DNA from: Auanema rhodensis
Taxonomy: Eukaryota; Animalia; Nematoda
Direction: 5' to 3'
Assembly (NCBI GenBank): GCA_964057225.1
Contig: OZ059898.1
Location: forward strand, 4,340,001 to 4,404,000
DNA length: 64,000 nt
Shown here: positions 14,365-29,200 of the stretch, piece after piece
Layout of the letters: each line of letters starts with the position of its first letter
Position numbering within the stretch: the first letter of the stretch is position 1
Notes under the pieces: generated by a model
Seen by the model: the letters and a program-made list of their open reading frames with translations, nothing else
The model's database searches: none
Told to the model about the DNA's origin: nothing
Program-made: the position numbers and the translations under genes

Positions 14365-15494
14365 AATCTATTATATCATATCATTATAATATATTTTAAA
14401 GTTTTTTGTTCAAAATATAACAAACTTTTCTAGATATATTCCTTATTTATTCAATGAACTATCAAAATTATATTTTATGCTTTTTTTTTCTATTTATTGA
14501 AGCACATATATGTATAAATAAGCGTATTTCTTCTTTTCATTTCTTGTTCTTTTAGAAAAACACAATCATACCGTTTTCTTCTGATCCTCTTTTCCGTAAC
14601 CAACAGCATTTTCTCAAACCCATATAAGGTTTTGTGAAAGCTTTCTATAGAACCGGTCGAATACAACAGCGACCACCAGTGTCACCTCTTTCTCTATGTT
14701 GGTCCATCATCTGAATGAACGTTGATTTACCTTATGGTTCATCCTAGGGTTTTCTTGAACGAACTTTTCCACAAAAAAAGAAAAGTAATTTTTATTTTAT
14801 AAATTAAGTTAATATTCTATCAAACATTCTAATTATTCTAATAATTTTATAACAATTTAATTATAATTATATTATATATGATGAATAGATAAATATAAAT
14901 AGATATTTATTTTTTTTTATTGGACTTTTACTTCTTGAACTTATTTCAATACTGGCCTTGGCTTTGTATTCTTTCTTCTCGTTATTCTTTCGTCTTCTTG
15001 TCTTCTTCGTTTTCTTCTCAATACACATGCAATTGATTTATAACAATGCATTCGTCAGACAGCATTTCCAGGTTTCTAAATGTACATATGTATGTATTTT
15101 AGATGTCTTCTCTTTCTCTCTCTCTCTTCCTCTCTCTTACATAATCTCTCTATCTTTCTTTCTCTTCTTACACATCCTTTAGTCATTTGTGATTATCACC
15201 CTGTTCTTCATTATATTCTGAACAATTTTCATCCATACTTAGTTTTTTTCGATCAAACTTTTCTACAGTAGATAACCTCCAAGTTTATAAAAGGATTAAA
15301 TATGTAAAAGAATGAACGTTGCAGATGCCAAACAAAAAATTTCTAATCCAATTGCTATAGTTCTATACGGATTTCATGATGTTAAATTGTTTTTTCTATC
15401 ATAATTATCATTTTATTACTTGGTTTAGAAGGTGAAAGTGTAAAAATTGGCATGATCACGACTTTAGAAGTATTCCGGTTCCGTTCCACACGCA

Positions 15495-15600
15495 CTCTCT
15501 CCCTATTTATATATCTCTCTCTATCTCTATCCTTCTATTTCTATCTCTCTCTCTCTCTCTTTTTTTTCTCTCTCCCTCTCTCTCTCTTTCTCTCTCTCTC
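15495..15600. repeat. Imperfect (CT)n polypyrimidine microsatellite
   Basis: Visible CT dinucleotide runs. Confidence 0.85.
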
Positions 15601-16865
15601 CTTCTGTTACCTCTTTTTCTATAGTTTTTATTCTATATGCTTACTTTTTCTATCTTCATTTTACTCTATCTTATTCATAATATTTAATTCAACAAAACTC
15701 TCGTTGTGTTAATTGCCGAATTGAACAAATTATACTTCTAGTCCTACACATATGCTTAATTTAACTTTTTTATAATTAAAAACTGTATATTATTATCAAG
15801 GAATAGTAAACAAAACTCTAAAAAAAAAGAATTTTAATTTTGTAATCATTATGATTATCTTATGTAGTAGGCGTTCGATGATTATAGCATAGCATCATCT
15901 AAAATGATTCATTTCAATTCTTGAAATTTAAAATTTAAAAGTATGAAAAAACTTTATATGATAAGAAAGATTCATTACAAATAAATATAAATACATACAT
16001 AGAATGAAAAAGAAATAGAAAAGAAAGATAAACCATTGATTATATAAGTATAAGAATATTAAATACAATTCTTTACTTGACATATTGCTTTCTCAATGTA
16101 AAGTCAAAAGATAGCAGTTATCATGAAAATCATTAATTCCTTTTTCCTCTTTTTTTTTATTCCCTATCATTGATCTTTATGTTTCTGTCTTCTTTTCTAA
16201 CAAAAAAAAGCCGAAGCTCAGCTGGTGTACACTCCAACTAAAGCTATTGTTCCGATCAAGGAGATAACAATAGCCTGAGGCGTACTGTTCCACATTGCCC
16301 CTGTTATTGGCACACAAACAGTCTATCTGTTGTTTTCTGAAACTTTGATTTATGAAAAAAAACTTTTTTCTACGTTATTTATTGAAACGTTATCCACACG
16401 TCTGCTTGTAAGCTATATAAAAAATATTTGAGTATCTATATAAATCCAATTTTTCCTTAAATTTTTTCGTTTCATATATTCTGTTTCAAATACTTTTTAA
16501 TTTTAATTTTTTATAATTGTATATGTTTTTTTGTTTTCATTTTTAACACAAACCATTTAATACAGAAGTGTTTGTAATTATTGTTAGTGTCCATCAACCG
16601 GCTGACCAACATCACCCATACATACCCATGCGTTTCTCTCTCTATCCCTCTCTCTCTCTCTCCCTCTCTGATTCTTTTCATAATTCATTTGTGAATTTAT
16701 ACATATTGATTTCACTTCTTTCTTTTCCTGGTAAGTATTCTACTGTTTTATCATATATTCATATATGCATATTTGCATTTACGCATACATTGGACACGAG
16801 CTATTCCGTTTCCAGATTATTTAGAATTCATGTGTTGGGATGATTTCTCTTTCAGCCAATAAACT

Positions 16866-16868
<3 letters not shown>

Positions 16869-16905
<37 letters not shown>
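16869..16905. repeat. (TA)n microsatellite
   Basis: Perfect TA run; similar runs at ~42079-42110 and ~48736-48774. Confidence 0.9.
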
Positions 16906-16909
<4 letters not shown>

Positions 16910-17396
16910 TTTTATATTTATAAGCTGAAACCATTTCTAGGTCTAGACTATTAGTTCTCCAATTCTTATATCGTCGATCTTTCATCATCATTTATATCTT
17001 CATAATCGTTGGACTCCTTGTCTCTCACTTCTTCCGTCTCTTATCTCCAGCAAATTTAAAAGACAAATTATGGCCTTTTCTGTATCGGAAGCATTCCCCC
17101 ACCAGCATCTGTATCGATTTTCGCGCCTCTGTCCCTGATGATGATCCGTTTGACCCTGATGAAGTTCGGATACCAACGTATGGCGTCTGATGTTGTCATC
17201 ATAGTTGTGGTTTGGTTGATTCCTTAACATCGTCCATGTTTTTACTGCTCATGAACTCCTTATGTATTATTTCCATATTTGGCGTGCATACATGAAATAT
17301 TCCAATCCAACAAATTTTTTGCCGTTCATTTTATTTCGTTTTTTTATTCATTTTACAATAGAATAACTTTTTTCTCAATTTGAATGTTATAGAGTG

Positions 17397-20300
17397 ATGG
17401 CTCCTCGTCAAGACTCACCTTATACCATATTGGGAATTCCTAATAATTCGGACGATCAAGCCATAAAGAAGGCGTAAGTTTTTCATTTTTTCATTATTTA
17501 TATATACTTATAACTGATTTTTTAAAATTTCGTTTTCAATTCAAGTTTTTTGTTTAAAAAAAACAAAATAATTGCTCACTTATTTAACATTATCGTCGAG
17601 AACATGGTGAAGCTCACAAAACGAAAGAGAGAGATTTTATTTATTTTGAACTAGAAGCTAACAAATAATTGAGAACAAATCCGGATAAAGATCAGAATAT
17701 ACGTAAGACGGGTTATGAAAGTGAATATATATATATATATATGCATCTATATTGAGAAAAAATACTTATTTTTATAAACATTTGTCAATACAGCATACTT
17801 ACTAAAAGAAAACATATTGTCTCCACTTCTGGTCTGATATATGCATTCCTTTAAAAGAAAGAAAATGCTTTTCCTCTTTATTATTCGTCGCATTTAGCTT
17901 GAGACGAAGAAATTTGAATAGAAAATACAGGAAGCACGAGAGGAATTGTATGCTATGTCTATTATCAATTGGTATAGTAGAACGAGTGCGCAGCTAGTTT
18001 CTCTGACTTTTTGCTTGTCCTTTTCTTTTAGTTATTTGTCTCTGAATCAAGTCTTCTGTGGTTCTGACGTACGTCAGATACTATTTAAATATGTGTGAGA
18101 AAGGAAAATCCTGTTTTTTTTTTTCGTTTTTTTGTACCAGCTTTTACCCCTTCTGCTGCCTCTTTGACTTTCTTAAATCACTTTGAGTACAAGAACTTGA
18201 AGACTCTGGTCAAGCAAGTTGGCAATGATTGTTTATAAGCAAAGAACGTTGATTACAAGCCACTTTCCCCAAAAATGCTCCCGAACGACATAATAGGTGG
18301 TCTGTACACAGAGAGGAAAAAAACTGTTTTTAGTTTTGAAAAACATAACAAAAAAAGTCAACATTATGTGTGTAACATTACCGGTTTATGTTAGGAGGAT
18401 GAAAGTTGGCCTTGAATAACTGACACAACGATCATTAGGTTGAAAAAATGGGAGATAGATGGAAACAGAATAGGAGATAGAAGTGCGATAGAAATTTACT
18501 AACCATATCTACTTTGGCCGACATTTACGATAATTTCAAGAACAATCAAGCTTGAATAGTCCAAAGAGCTTCATAATACAATTATCATACTTATTATTAT
18601 AAAAAGAAGACAACTATTCTAAAATTAGTATGTCCTTTTTATCTATAACAGTACAATTTTATATAATTCAGTTTTAAAATGTACTTTAAAGTTAAAAACT
18701 GAAAATAGTACTAATACATATGTCACAATTTAATCAATATTCATATAATTTCATTATTAAAAAATATATTATGTATATTGATTAAAATAAAAAGTATTGA
18801 AAAGAAAAAAGTAGTTTGACACTTTATATTGTTTATTTTTCTCTCTAAAAATTCTTATTCTAAACTTTTTTTTATAATATTTTTATCGGGTGACAACATA
18901 TGTTTGCTCGGACATTTGAGTAGCCACTACAGCATTTCTATGAAATTTGAGTATCATCCATATTCATTATTAACACAAAAGAACAAAAATAATAGAAATA
19001 TACTTTTTATTTATTTATAGATACCGAAAATTGGCTTTAAAGTGGCATCCAGACAAACATACAGAGGAAAAAGATAAGGAAACTGCCGAAAAGAAGTTTA
19101 AGAAAATTGCTCAAGCATATGAGATTCTTTCCGATGGTTCGTTTTTTTCAGCACTTTATTCGTTTCTTTTTGAAAAAAAAGTCAATGCACAGGTGAAAAA
19201 CAAATTATGTGTGTGAACTTCATCTATAAAAATATTTTTTGAACCGTGATCTTTCTTTGAACGTAAAAAGATCACGGTTCACACAGGTAAAAACCAATAT
19301 GTCTATTGAACGTTAAAATACTATAAAATCATAGAATTCATTTTTTTATATGTTTATTGATGATAAGGAAAGTTCAATATCATAAAATATAAATTCTATA
19401 AGTTGTTAATCCTTTGATTTGTTCGTTTTGTACGACGCGGAGACGAAGCATATTGTCAAACTGAAAGTTCTAAAAGTTGAGGGAAGAAAGTAGTACAGTA
19501 ATAATTTTCAATTAATTGATTTATTGGTCAAGTAAGATGATGGTCATAATCTATTTGGGATGATTTATAACTTTCGAAAGTATAGATTCCAATCATATGA
19601 GATGCTTCTCATATAGCAAAAAAAGAAACAAAGAGAACTTCAAGAATTTGGATTGGTCATGCTAAAACAAACAAATCTGCTGTCATCTTTATTCGGAGCT
19701 TCCGTTTTCCGGGCAAAATAACCGGTCCAGAACGATTATGTGGTCTTAGACGTTTTTCCTCTTACGACGTTATTCCATCAACGGAAAGCCGTTCAATAGA
19801 TGACGAAAGATGACGAGTTCCGTTTCGCTTTGAAAATAAGTTGGTCAAGCAAATGAAGGGAGTTGATTAGATTTATAGAATACCAACCATCGAAATATTA
19901 TTGAAAAGAAAGAAGATTGAATATGGAAGTTTCAGAAAACGTGTGTAGTATGGTATATATTATAATATTTTATATAAAATATAGAAAACTATATTATACA
20001 ATTACGTATACTTCTATATAGAAATATATATATATGTAATAATATTTTTATATTTCAAATTTCAAAAAATTATATTCAAATAGTTTATGTACTATGATTA
20101 TACATCTGTTATATCAACTAAAATACATATGTAGGTGTTTAAGTGATTGATATATATTAGTTAGATACAGAAAGACTGAATAAAACCACCTGTAAACCGA
20201 TATTATTGACATCTTTTGTTTTAAGACCTATTTGATAAATTGATAGAAATCGTTTCTATAACAGATGAATTCTTACTGTCAAGTGTTTTGAAAAAAGGGA

Positions 20301-21159
20301 ATATTTTCAAATCTTCCAAAATAAATATTTATAATCACATTTTAAATATAAAACAGTCTATTTTTCAAGAATATATCCAATTGAATGCTTTATTTCAGCC
20401 AAAAAACGTCAAGAATTAGATAGATCTGAAAATCCATCGGCATTTGCTCGGTCTAAGCGGTCTGGTATGCCCCGAGGATTCGGAAACCACCATGACGATA
20501 TTTTTCGTTCCCCATTCGATATTTTTAAGGAATTCTTCGGCAACCGTGATCCATTTCAGGTAAGCAAAAATCAAATTCCTAAACGTTTTCTACTAACTTA
20601 AATGAAGAATTCGATGTTTCCTTTATTCGATTCTTTGTTAAATTCTGTTGAATATAAAGCATTCTTGTGAAAATGCAACTAAATTTTTTTTTACAGGACG
20701 TCTTCTTTGATGATGCGTTCGCCTTTCCGTCAGACCCGCTATTCAAGAGTAAGTTTCAAAGTTTCAATTTTTTTAAATAAAAATGTTTTAGAACATAGGT
20801 TTCCATCAAGCCGAGTACACATTTTTTACAACGAGAAGCCACCACGGGATGAGAACGACTGGTAACTTTACATATATTTGATCTCTTAAAACAAAAATGA
20901 ACTTTTAGTAAATTTTCGACGGTAATTCGATTCTCTTCTTCTAAAGATGGTAAAACTCCATTGGTTCGAAAAACATCCACAACTACACGTATGGTAGACG
21001 GTAAACGAGTTGTAACTAAAAAGACGGAAAATGAAGAAGAAGAAATTGTCGAGGTATTAATGTTGTTGTATATTTTGTTAAAACTTTAAATTACAGGTTC
21101 TCGAGGATGGTCATCTGAAATCCCGAACAGTTCACAGTGTAGCTGTAGAAACAAACTAA
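17397..21159 (+). CDS. dnj-24: Class B J-domain co-chaperone (DNAJB2/6/8-like), 7 exons
   Basis: [14 protein letters not shown]...[16 protein letters not shown]...[18 protein letters not shown]-domain, G/F region [17 protein letters not shown], and C-terminal [29 protein letters not shown] typical of DNAJB6. Symbol from recalled similarity to C. elegans DNJ-24. Confidence 0.9.
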
Positions 21160-23377
21160 GGGTCATTCACATCTCGTCTTGATTAACTTAATTCTCATTC
21201 TATGTATATACTACCTATAGTTAAGTATTAATGATACAACATTTGACTAGGGGAAAATTTTGTGAAGATATGTATATGTTTTCACAGACATCCATTTTCT
21301 TTCTCCTTTTTTCAGCAATAGAAGCAATTTTCAAACTTTAAATCTCAGCATTTCATATTTTGTAAGAAAAAAGTGGAACTTGAACGTCTGTAATATCAAG
21401 TTGAATGCATTCCTCTGATTCCTTTCGTATTGTACTTTAATAAGTTCATCTAATCATATATTCTGTTTTAATTTCTAAGTCAACTTCTTTGGCAAAAAAA
21501 GATGAATGGAATTTTTGGAGCAAAAATAGCCATAATTTCAAGATTGTCTGCTTATTCCGAGCATTTATGGTATAATACTATACTATAAACATCTGCTTAG
21601 AAAAGTTTTAAATACTTTGAACTTGCTTTCCGGGTTTTGTTCATGCCTTTTCTTCATTGGAAAATTTGAGACAATTTATAGCTTCGTTCAGCGATGCGAT
21701 ATCACCAAGTTTTGAAAAATCTAAGACAGCCATTCGGCAATTGACTATGTATCTATACATTGATTCCTCATCTTTTCTTGTCCTTATCCTCAGCTTCATA
21801 TAGTATTACATAGATTTTATAATTTTCCGCTAATACTTTTGATGTCACACATCTTTCCAACTTCTTTCAAAATTTGGACCAAGTTCTTTTTTATTGCATT
21901 TATCTATATTTTCATGAAAGCTCTTTCTCGCGTTTTGTGTGCTCTATGAGTGTGTGCTTTGTTTGGACATATTTCAATATAAATATAAGTAGCTTTTTAT
22001 TTTTTTATCCAATTATATGAAAATAAAAAAGATTATTAGCAATAATTCAGTATACTACATATGTAAACTATTATAGAACTTTATCAATATATATAAATAT
22101 GTTTGAAACAATGTCTAAATAATACTATAACCAGTAATACAATTAAGAGCAAAAAAAACGGAAATAATAGGATTTAGAATTTATAGTCAGTAAATAACAG
22201 CTATGAACTAATTAATTATATTTTTATAATATATGATATAGTAGGACGGGTTTATGAAAAAAGATAAGAGCTCTGTGTAGTGTATTTCTTAACAATCACG
22301 GAAAAAGCAAAGAATCATTACTATTCCAAATATACATGTGTCAAAGTAAATCAATATAATCGTTTGAATTGAAGATTATCGAAAGTATTATGGAAAGTTT
22401 CCATGTCTATAGTTTTCGTAATGGATACTACTTATACTATTGTTGTACAATATATACATCAATAGATAAATATGTATAACTAATACACTTGTTCCAGTGT
22501 TTCGTATAAACATCCCAATATAACGACTGTTTATAGTGTTTGGATGTTTGTTAGTCTAATTGAATTACATATCTTCTTATACATTGAATATGCTTTACCC
22601 TTTTCCTTTCTTTTTCATAGATTATATTATTTTTTTACTGTATTAATTAAAACTTTAGCCAATTTCACAAATCTCCAATATAAATATTAACAGTTGCATC
22701 GTGTTTGATTTAACCAAGAATTTGAAATACGCACAGAAGTATGTAGTATCATCAAAAATCGAACGATAAGAATGATATATCAGCAGATTCACAACGAATG
22801 TTTTTTTTTATAAAATATATTTCATTCTGTACTTTCAACTACACTACATCTACATGAATTTTGATTTTTTAATTTTTCCATAATGCAGTTAATTCCAATA
22901 GTTTAAATCTGAAATAGAAAGAAATTGATAATAATAATGATGCAAATATCCAATAAATTTTAAAAAATTTTTTGATCAGCTGATTCAATCAGATATTTAT
23001 TTATATTCCTTGCACTTTGCTCACGTTGACACCGAATAATATCACACGATTTCCTACCAAGAAAACGGAATACATACTTTTAGTGAAAATTGTTATGTAG
23101 ATTTTCATAATAAAAAAATAAAATAACTATACAATATAACCAAATATTTTTGATCATTGGAAAAGTATATTATATTACCAAACGCATATTAAATTAACGT
23201 GAACTATGATGACGCCACTGTTGTATATCTCACAACACAGTGCGTATTTCCATTAATGAGCATTGAAAATAACTTACTGTTGGTTTATATGCTTTTCAAA
23301 TTATTTATGTTTTTTTTTTGTTATTTTTTCTTAAGATTAATGAATATTTTCTATCAAAGAAATAATTTCAGTAAAGG

Positions 23378-25107
23378 ATGGTGACAAAAGCCAGGAAGAA
23401 GGGTAATAAGCGATCGCAGTCTCCACCAAAAGGAAAACGCTCCGAAGCTAGAAATGGAGGGTATGTCGAAGTTTTTGTTCAATAAACTGTATTAATAATT
23501 TCAGTCAAAATAAATCATTAAAAGGATTGAAAACATCTCCATCAATTAACACATTGAATAGAATAGAACGGGAAACCATTGTTTTATGGAAACGACCTTT
23601 TAAAACTATATATTATGCATTTATGGAGATTTTCCACTTAATTTTCGAATTTCTCCAAAGGTTTTTTTGTTATTTTTCTATGCTTTTTGACTTTCATTTT
23701 ATCTTCAGCTTGCTTCATCATAAAGTAATACTGTTTTTGTTATCTGTTCTTTCTGCTGCTTTCTATTATGCTTATATTACTCCTGGATCTCATCAAGAGT
23801 TTATCCTATCTGCTGGTATATAACTTTTTTTTTTCATTATAACTTATACATTTTTCAGAAAAATCGTTAACGTGGTGGGGTTGGTGGGTACTTTTGGGAG
23901 TTTTATCTTCAATTGGCTTGGGCTCCGGTTTACATACTTTCCTGATATATTTAGTAAATTTTTAGCTGCATGAAATATAATTAGATAATCTTCTAGGGTC
24001 CTCATATTGCTGCCGTAACTCTCGCTGCTTATGAATGCAACAGTTTAAATTTTCCTGAGCCACCATATCCGGAAAGGTGTGTATACAATAGAATGATTGT
24101 TTTTTAAAGGAACTTTTAAGCATTGTTTGTCCATCTGAAAAGCCGTCTTCAACTCTCGCAGTTGGATTATGGGACATCGTATCTAAGGTTTATATATTTC
24201 AAACTTACTCTGTAACCCCATTATATTTCAGGTTCGCGTAGAATCTTTCTTGTGGGGGGCTGGAACAGCTATCGGAGAATTACCTCCGTATTTTATGGCC
24301 CGCGCTGCTAGGTGTGCTATGTGGAATAGAATTTTAATAAATTTTTATTAATAGACTGAGTGGTAATGAACCAGAAGATGAAGAGTATCAAGAATTCCTA
24401 GAAATAATGAATTCTGATAAAAAGAAATCAAAGGATATGGTTTGTTTTTTGAAATTTAATCATATTACATTGAAAAATTATATTAGAGCCTTTTGGACCG
24501 CGGAAAAGCTTTGGCTGAGAAGTTCATTTCGAAAGTTGGGTTCCCGGGAATCCTTCTTTTTGCTTCTATCCCAAATCCTCTTTTTGATCTAGCTGGTAAA
24601 CTAGCTGAATTGCGTTATTTATTTATTTAATTGTTTTTTTAGGTATTACTTGCGGTCATTTCTTAGTACCATTTTGGTCTTTCTTTGGAGCAACACTCAT
24701 TGGTAAAGCATTAATAAAAATGCATGTTCAGGTTCGATTGTTCTGTGTTTATTCCTTTTATCATAATAACATTCAGATGCTTTTTGTCATTATCGCATTC
24801 AGTGAGCATCATGTAGAGAATGTAGTCAATTTATTGGCTCGAGTACCTGTTGTCGGAGAATCGATTAGACAACCTATTAAGGAACTTCTTATAAAACAGA
24901 AGAATGCACTGCACAGAGCACCCGGTACTCATGTAGAACAGGTATCGGAATAGTACTAATTAAAAAAAGTTTTCAATTCTTCAGGAGTCCACATGGCTTC
25001 AAACAGCTCTTTCAATGATAGTCACATCTATGATTTTGGTGTTCTTACTTTCGATTTTCAATTCCTTGGCTCAACGTTATCATAAAAGGATTAGTTCGTG
25101 TAAATAA
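23378..25107 (+). CDS. epg-3: VMP1/TMEM49 autophagy ER scramblase, about 13 exons
   Basis: Motifs [93 protein letters not shown]. Confidence 0.95.
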
Positions 25108-25565
25108 AACAAGTGTCGCTCCTCACAACTCTGTTTTGTAACCCAGTGAGATTGGTTCCCACTCATATTATTTAAGAACTCCTCTTTCTTCTATAGATAG
25201 TTTTTGAATCATAAGAATTATCACAGAAGAGGTTAAGTTAAAGACTTAGAGGAATGTGATTAAAGATTTGATATATAAGTTTAGAGATGTATGTGAACAG
25301 AGGAATATGTTTTCTAATGTTTAGAGGGTCGAATTTATTTTTTATCTTCTATCTAAAAATTGTCTAAGTATTTCTCTTTGTAAAGGACTTTTTTTTAAAA
25401 TTCTATTCAATACTTAGGACTTATATTATTATGATAACATCTTAGAATTCTCTAAAAACATGCATGTCTATATTTGTAACAAGGGTTCGGTATATGGTCG
25501 TTTTTCTTGTTTTTTTTTCATATTCTACACTTTTCTTCATATTTTAAGAAGGGGTTAACTGTAGC

Positions 25566-26082
25566 TAATCCATTATCTGTGTTTTATGCACATTCCTAGA
25601 TTAATGATTGGCTTTATTCTGAAGTTTTTCAATTCATTTGTGAATATAATCTTGATTGACATAAGAATTTATATTGTAGAAGACGTAATAAACTTTAATC
25701 GTGAAACTGTAATCCGAGTTCTGCAAAATCTTTTTTAGCTATAGTATTGCTATGAATCTCACAATGGAAATGTTTTGCAATATTGATAGGTTGACAAAGA
25801 TATATAACGGATCACTCAGATCTTTGTACTTTTATTGGACATTTTACTTTAATTCTTTTCTTCTTTTTACATGCAGAATCTCCTTTTCATCATTTCTCTT
25901 CAGTAAACATAGCTACTCTTAGCTTTAGCATGTTCTGCATAAAATACAACGTTAAAGGATGGTATTACGAGAGAGTAAAAGCTTCAATGACGTCATTATT
26001 ACTGAAGCTTTAATTCGTTTTCTTTTCCATGACACTCCTCATACGACGCCTATTCATCAAAACGAGCGATTGCGTTGGATTA
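25566..26082. promoter_or_regulatory. Three TAATCC/GGATTA K50-homeodomain (UNC-30/PITX-type) sites upstream of unc-25
   Basis: TAATCC at 25566 and 25710, GGATTA at 26077. UNC-30 activates C. elegans unc-25 through TAATCC sites. Confidence 0.55.
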
Positions 26083-26220
26083 TGAATACTACCGTATACC
26101 ATCTTCTTCGTGATTTCCAATGCCCTTAAATGGGCGGAGTTTAAAATATTCTGAATCATGAAGAACCAAGAAGTCTAAGCTTCACCTCACCAACTACTTT
26201 TGGATCGGCTGCATCTGGCA

Positions 26221-29200
26221 ATGAGTGGAAGCAAGAAATTGGAAGAACTAATAGCTACGGGTACGTTATTACATGTTATTCCAATCAATCTTTTTCCAAG
26301 TTCATTCTTTTTATTTGCACTCATCAATAAAGAAATATGTGAATTCATAAACATTTCCGAAAGTTTATAAATAATTATTATAGATATTCTTCCTCAAAGC
26401 GATAACTGGCAGGATACAGAACATTTTTTGAAGCAAATCGTCGAAGTAAGATATTTATTAAAAAAAAATAGAAATATTATATTTTATAGCTTCTTCTTAA
26501 ATACATTCATGAGGAAAATCAACGTGATACCAAAATACTTGAATTTCATCATCCTGCTGAAATGCAGGAGCTGATTGATTTAGAAATTCCTGATTTACCA
26601 CAAAACCTCCAAAGTTTGGTTAAGGTATCGTCATAAAATTCATTTAAAAAATATTCGGAAATTGAAATTTATTAAAAAAAGTAAAAAAATAATGTTATGC
26701 TATGTTATTTATATGAAAATATAATTACATGTAAGAAGATAATGTTAAGATTGCATAGCGTTATTTCTTTATTTTTTAAAAATAAATTTAAATATATATA
26801 TAGTTAAGTGTAGTTATATGAGATGTATAGAATGCAAAGAGTAACTAAATTCTTTAGATTTTTCAATATCTACTCTTGACCCAAGCTATCAAATATAAAT
26901 TAAAATCAAACGATATTTATTCTCAAAAAGACATTGAAGATGAATGTGCTACTTTAATTACTCATCTACAAGCACTTTCTATGGTATTTAAAGACAAAAC
27001 AAAATGTGAAAATATATAGTAAACTATAGTTGTTAAAGGCTTAATGGATTTTAAAATGATTTTTGAATTTAATTTTCATTTTAATATTCTTTTTTTTTCA
27101 TTTGAACAAAGACCTTCTAGTCCTATGTATAAGCTTACAGATGAAGTAATTGAAAAAAAACATTTGGAATTGTGGATTGCGCAAAGCACACACAACTAGA
27201 AAATTACTTTTTATTATTGTGTCCAAGAGTTGGAAGCTCATCAGAATGAATCGGAAACCAGCTTTGTTCCTTCTCTGAGGCTTTTGTTGATAAGCCCCCT
27301 CAACGATGGCACTCTTGTATTCTTTATATATGCCCGCCGGCAATCTATATGACGTGATTTCGATGGGGTTTAGCATAGATGGATGGATGGATGGGCTGTC
27401 TGAAAATGAAAATTCTCTAAAGAATGTTTGAAGACAAATGAATGAAGATGGCCATATTGGAAAGATTATTAAAATATTTGAAGAGTTGCCAAACACGAAG
27501 AGATCCAGGAAGTATTACTAATTTCAAAATTTTATATAAAATATATCATTACACAAGTTTTTTTTTCAGAGTTGCGAAGATGTTCTTCGTCTTGGAGTAC
27601 GTACCGGACATCCACGTTTTTTTAACCAAGTTGAACTCATTTAAGTATTCTCTCATAACTTCTTATTATAGATATCCTGTGGTTTGGACATTGTATCAAT
27701 GGCCGGTGAATGGTTAACTGCCACGGCCAATACAAACATGTAAGTTTTTCAACTTCTGACAACTTTAGGCATTTTTTTTTAAATTATAGGTTTACATATG
27801 AGATCGCACCAGTTTTTATTCTCATGGAAAAATCTGTAATGCGACGTATGTGGGAAGCTCTCGGATGGGATGTCGAAAAGGCCGATGGAATATTTGCTCC
27901 AGGTATTATTTTTGACATAAAGCTGTAGCTTATAAGTTAAAAAATACTTTGAAGGAGGCGCTATTGCGAACCTGTACGCTCTCAATGCTGCTCGTCATCA
28001 TCTTTTTCCAAGAGCAAAACATCTTGGAAACAAAGATGTCCCTGTTCTTTGCGCATTCACAAGTGAGGATGTAAGTTTTAAATAATATTAATATATCATT
28101 GTATAATATGTATATTCTTCAGAGTCACTACTCCATAAAAAGTGCTTCTGCTGTAATTGGTATAGGAACAGATTACTGTTTCAGCATTCCCACGGATTCC
28201 CATGGACGTATGGTTCCTGAAGCATTGGAACAAAAAATTATTCAATGCAAGAAAGAAGGTTTATTAGAATGAAAACAAATTTTCTTTATTAAAATTTTCA
28301 AATGTAGGTATGTCTCCTTTATTCGTATGTTGTACAGCTGGAACTACCGTTTATGGCGCATGGGATCCCATCGATAAAATAGCCGACATTGCCGAAAGGC
28401 ATCGCATCTGGCTTCATGTTGATGTAAGTTATAGTTTTTTTAATATTTGAACAGAAAAATCTATTTATAGGCTGCTTGGGGTGGAGGTGTCTTGTTATCT
28501 CCAGAATATCGTTATAAGCTCGCTGGGATCGAAAGAGCAGACAGTGTGACATGGAATCCACATAAGCTCATGGGAGCTATTCTACAGTGCTCAGCATGTC
28601 TATTTAAACGTGATGTATATCTTATATAATAATTAATTAATTTAAATATATATATTTATAGGGATTATTGTTCCAATGTAATCAAATGTCTGCTGATTAT
28701 CTATTCATGCAGGTAATTATTATTTTTCAAAATTCTGATGTTATAACTTTGATTTACAGGATAAACCTTACGATGTCAGTTTCGATACTGGAGATAAAGC
28801 TATACAATGTGGACGTCATAATGATGTTTTCAAGCTTTGGCTCATGTGGAAAAGCAAAGTAACTTAATATATACTTGATTCCATCATACATGCTGCTTAT
28901 ATTACAGGGAATGGAGGGATACAGACAACAGATCAATCGTCTAATGGATCTTACTGCTTACTTCACTCAACGTTTACGTGATACTGATGGATATGAGCTT
29001 GTTGTAGATCCTCCAGAGTTTCTAAATATCTGCTTCTGGTATGTACCGCGTAACATAAGACATCTGGAACCAGCTGAGAAGAAAGCAAGATTGGAAAAGG
29101 TTCATTATTATCCTTAGCATCTGTTAAACATTACAAACTCAGATTGCACCAAAAATCAAGGCCAAAATGATGGAACGTGGAACAACTATGGTTGGATATC

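Noticed and set aside
17155-17200. CTGATGA as a hammerhead ribozyme core
   Set aside because: No correctly placed GAAA or stem II/III.
7800-17300. Many 60-90 aa ORFs in the ORF track, here and in 49-52 kb
   Set aside because: Low-complexity F/L/I/S/Y translations of AT-rich or microsatellite DNA with no exon chains.
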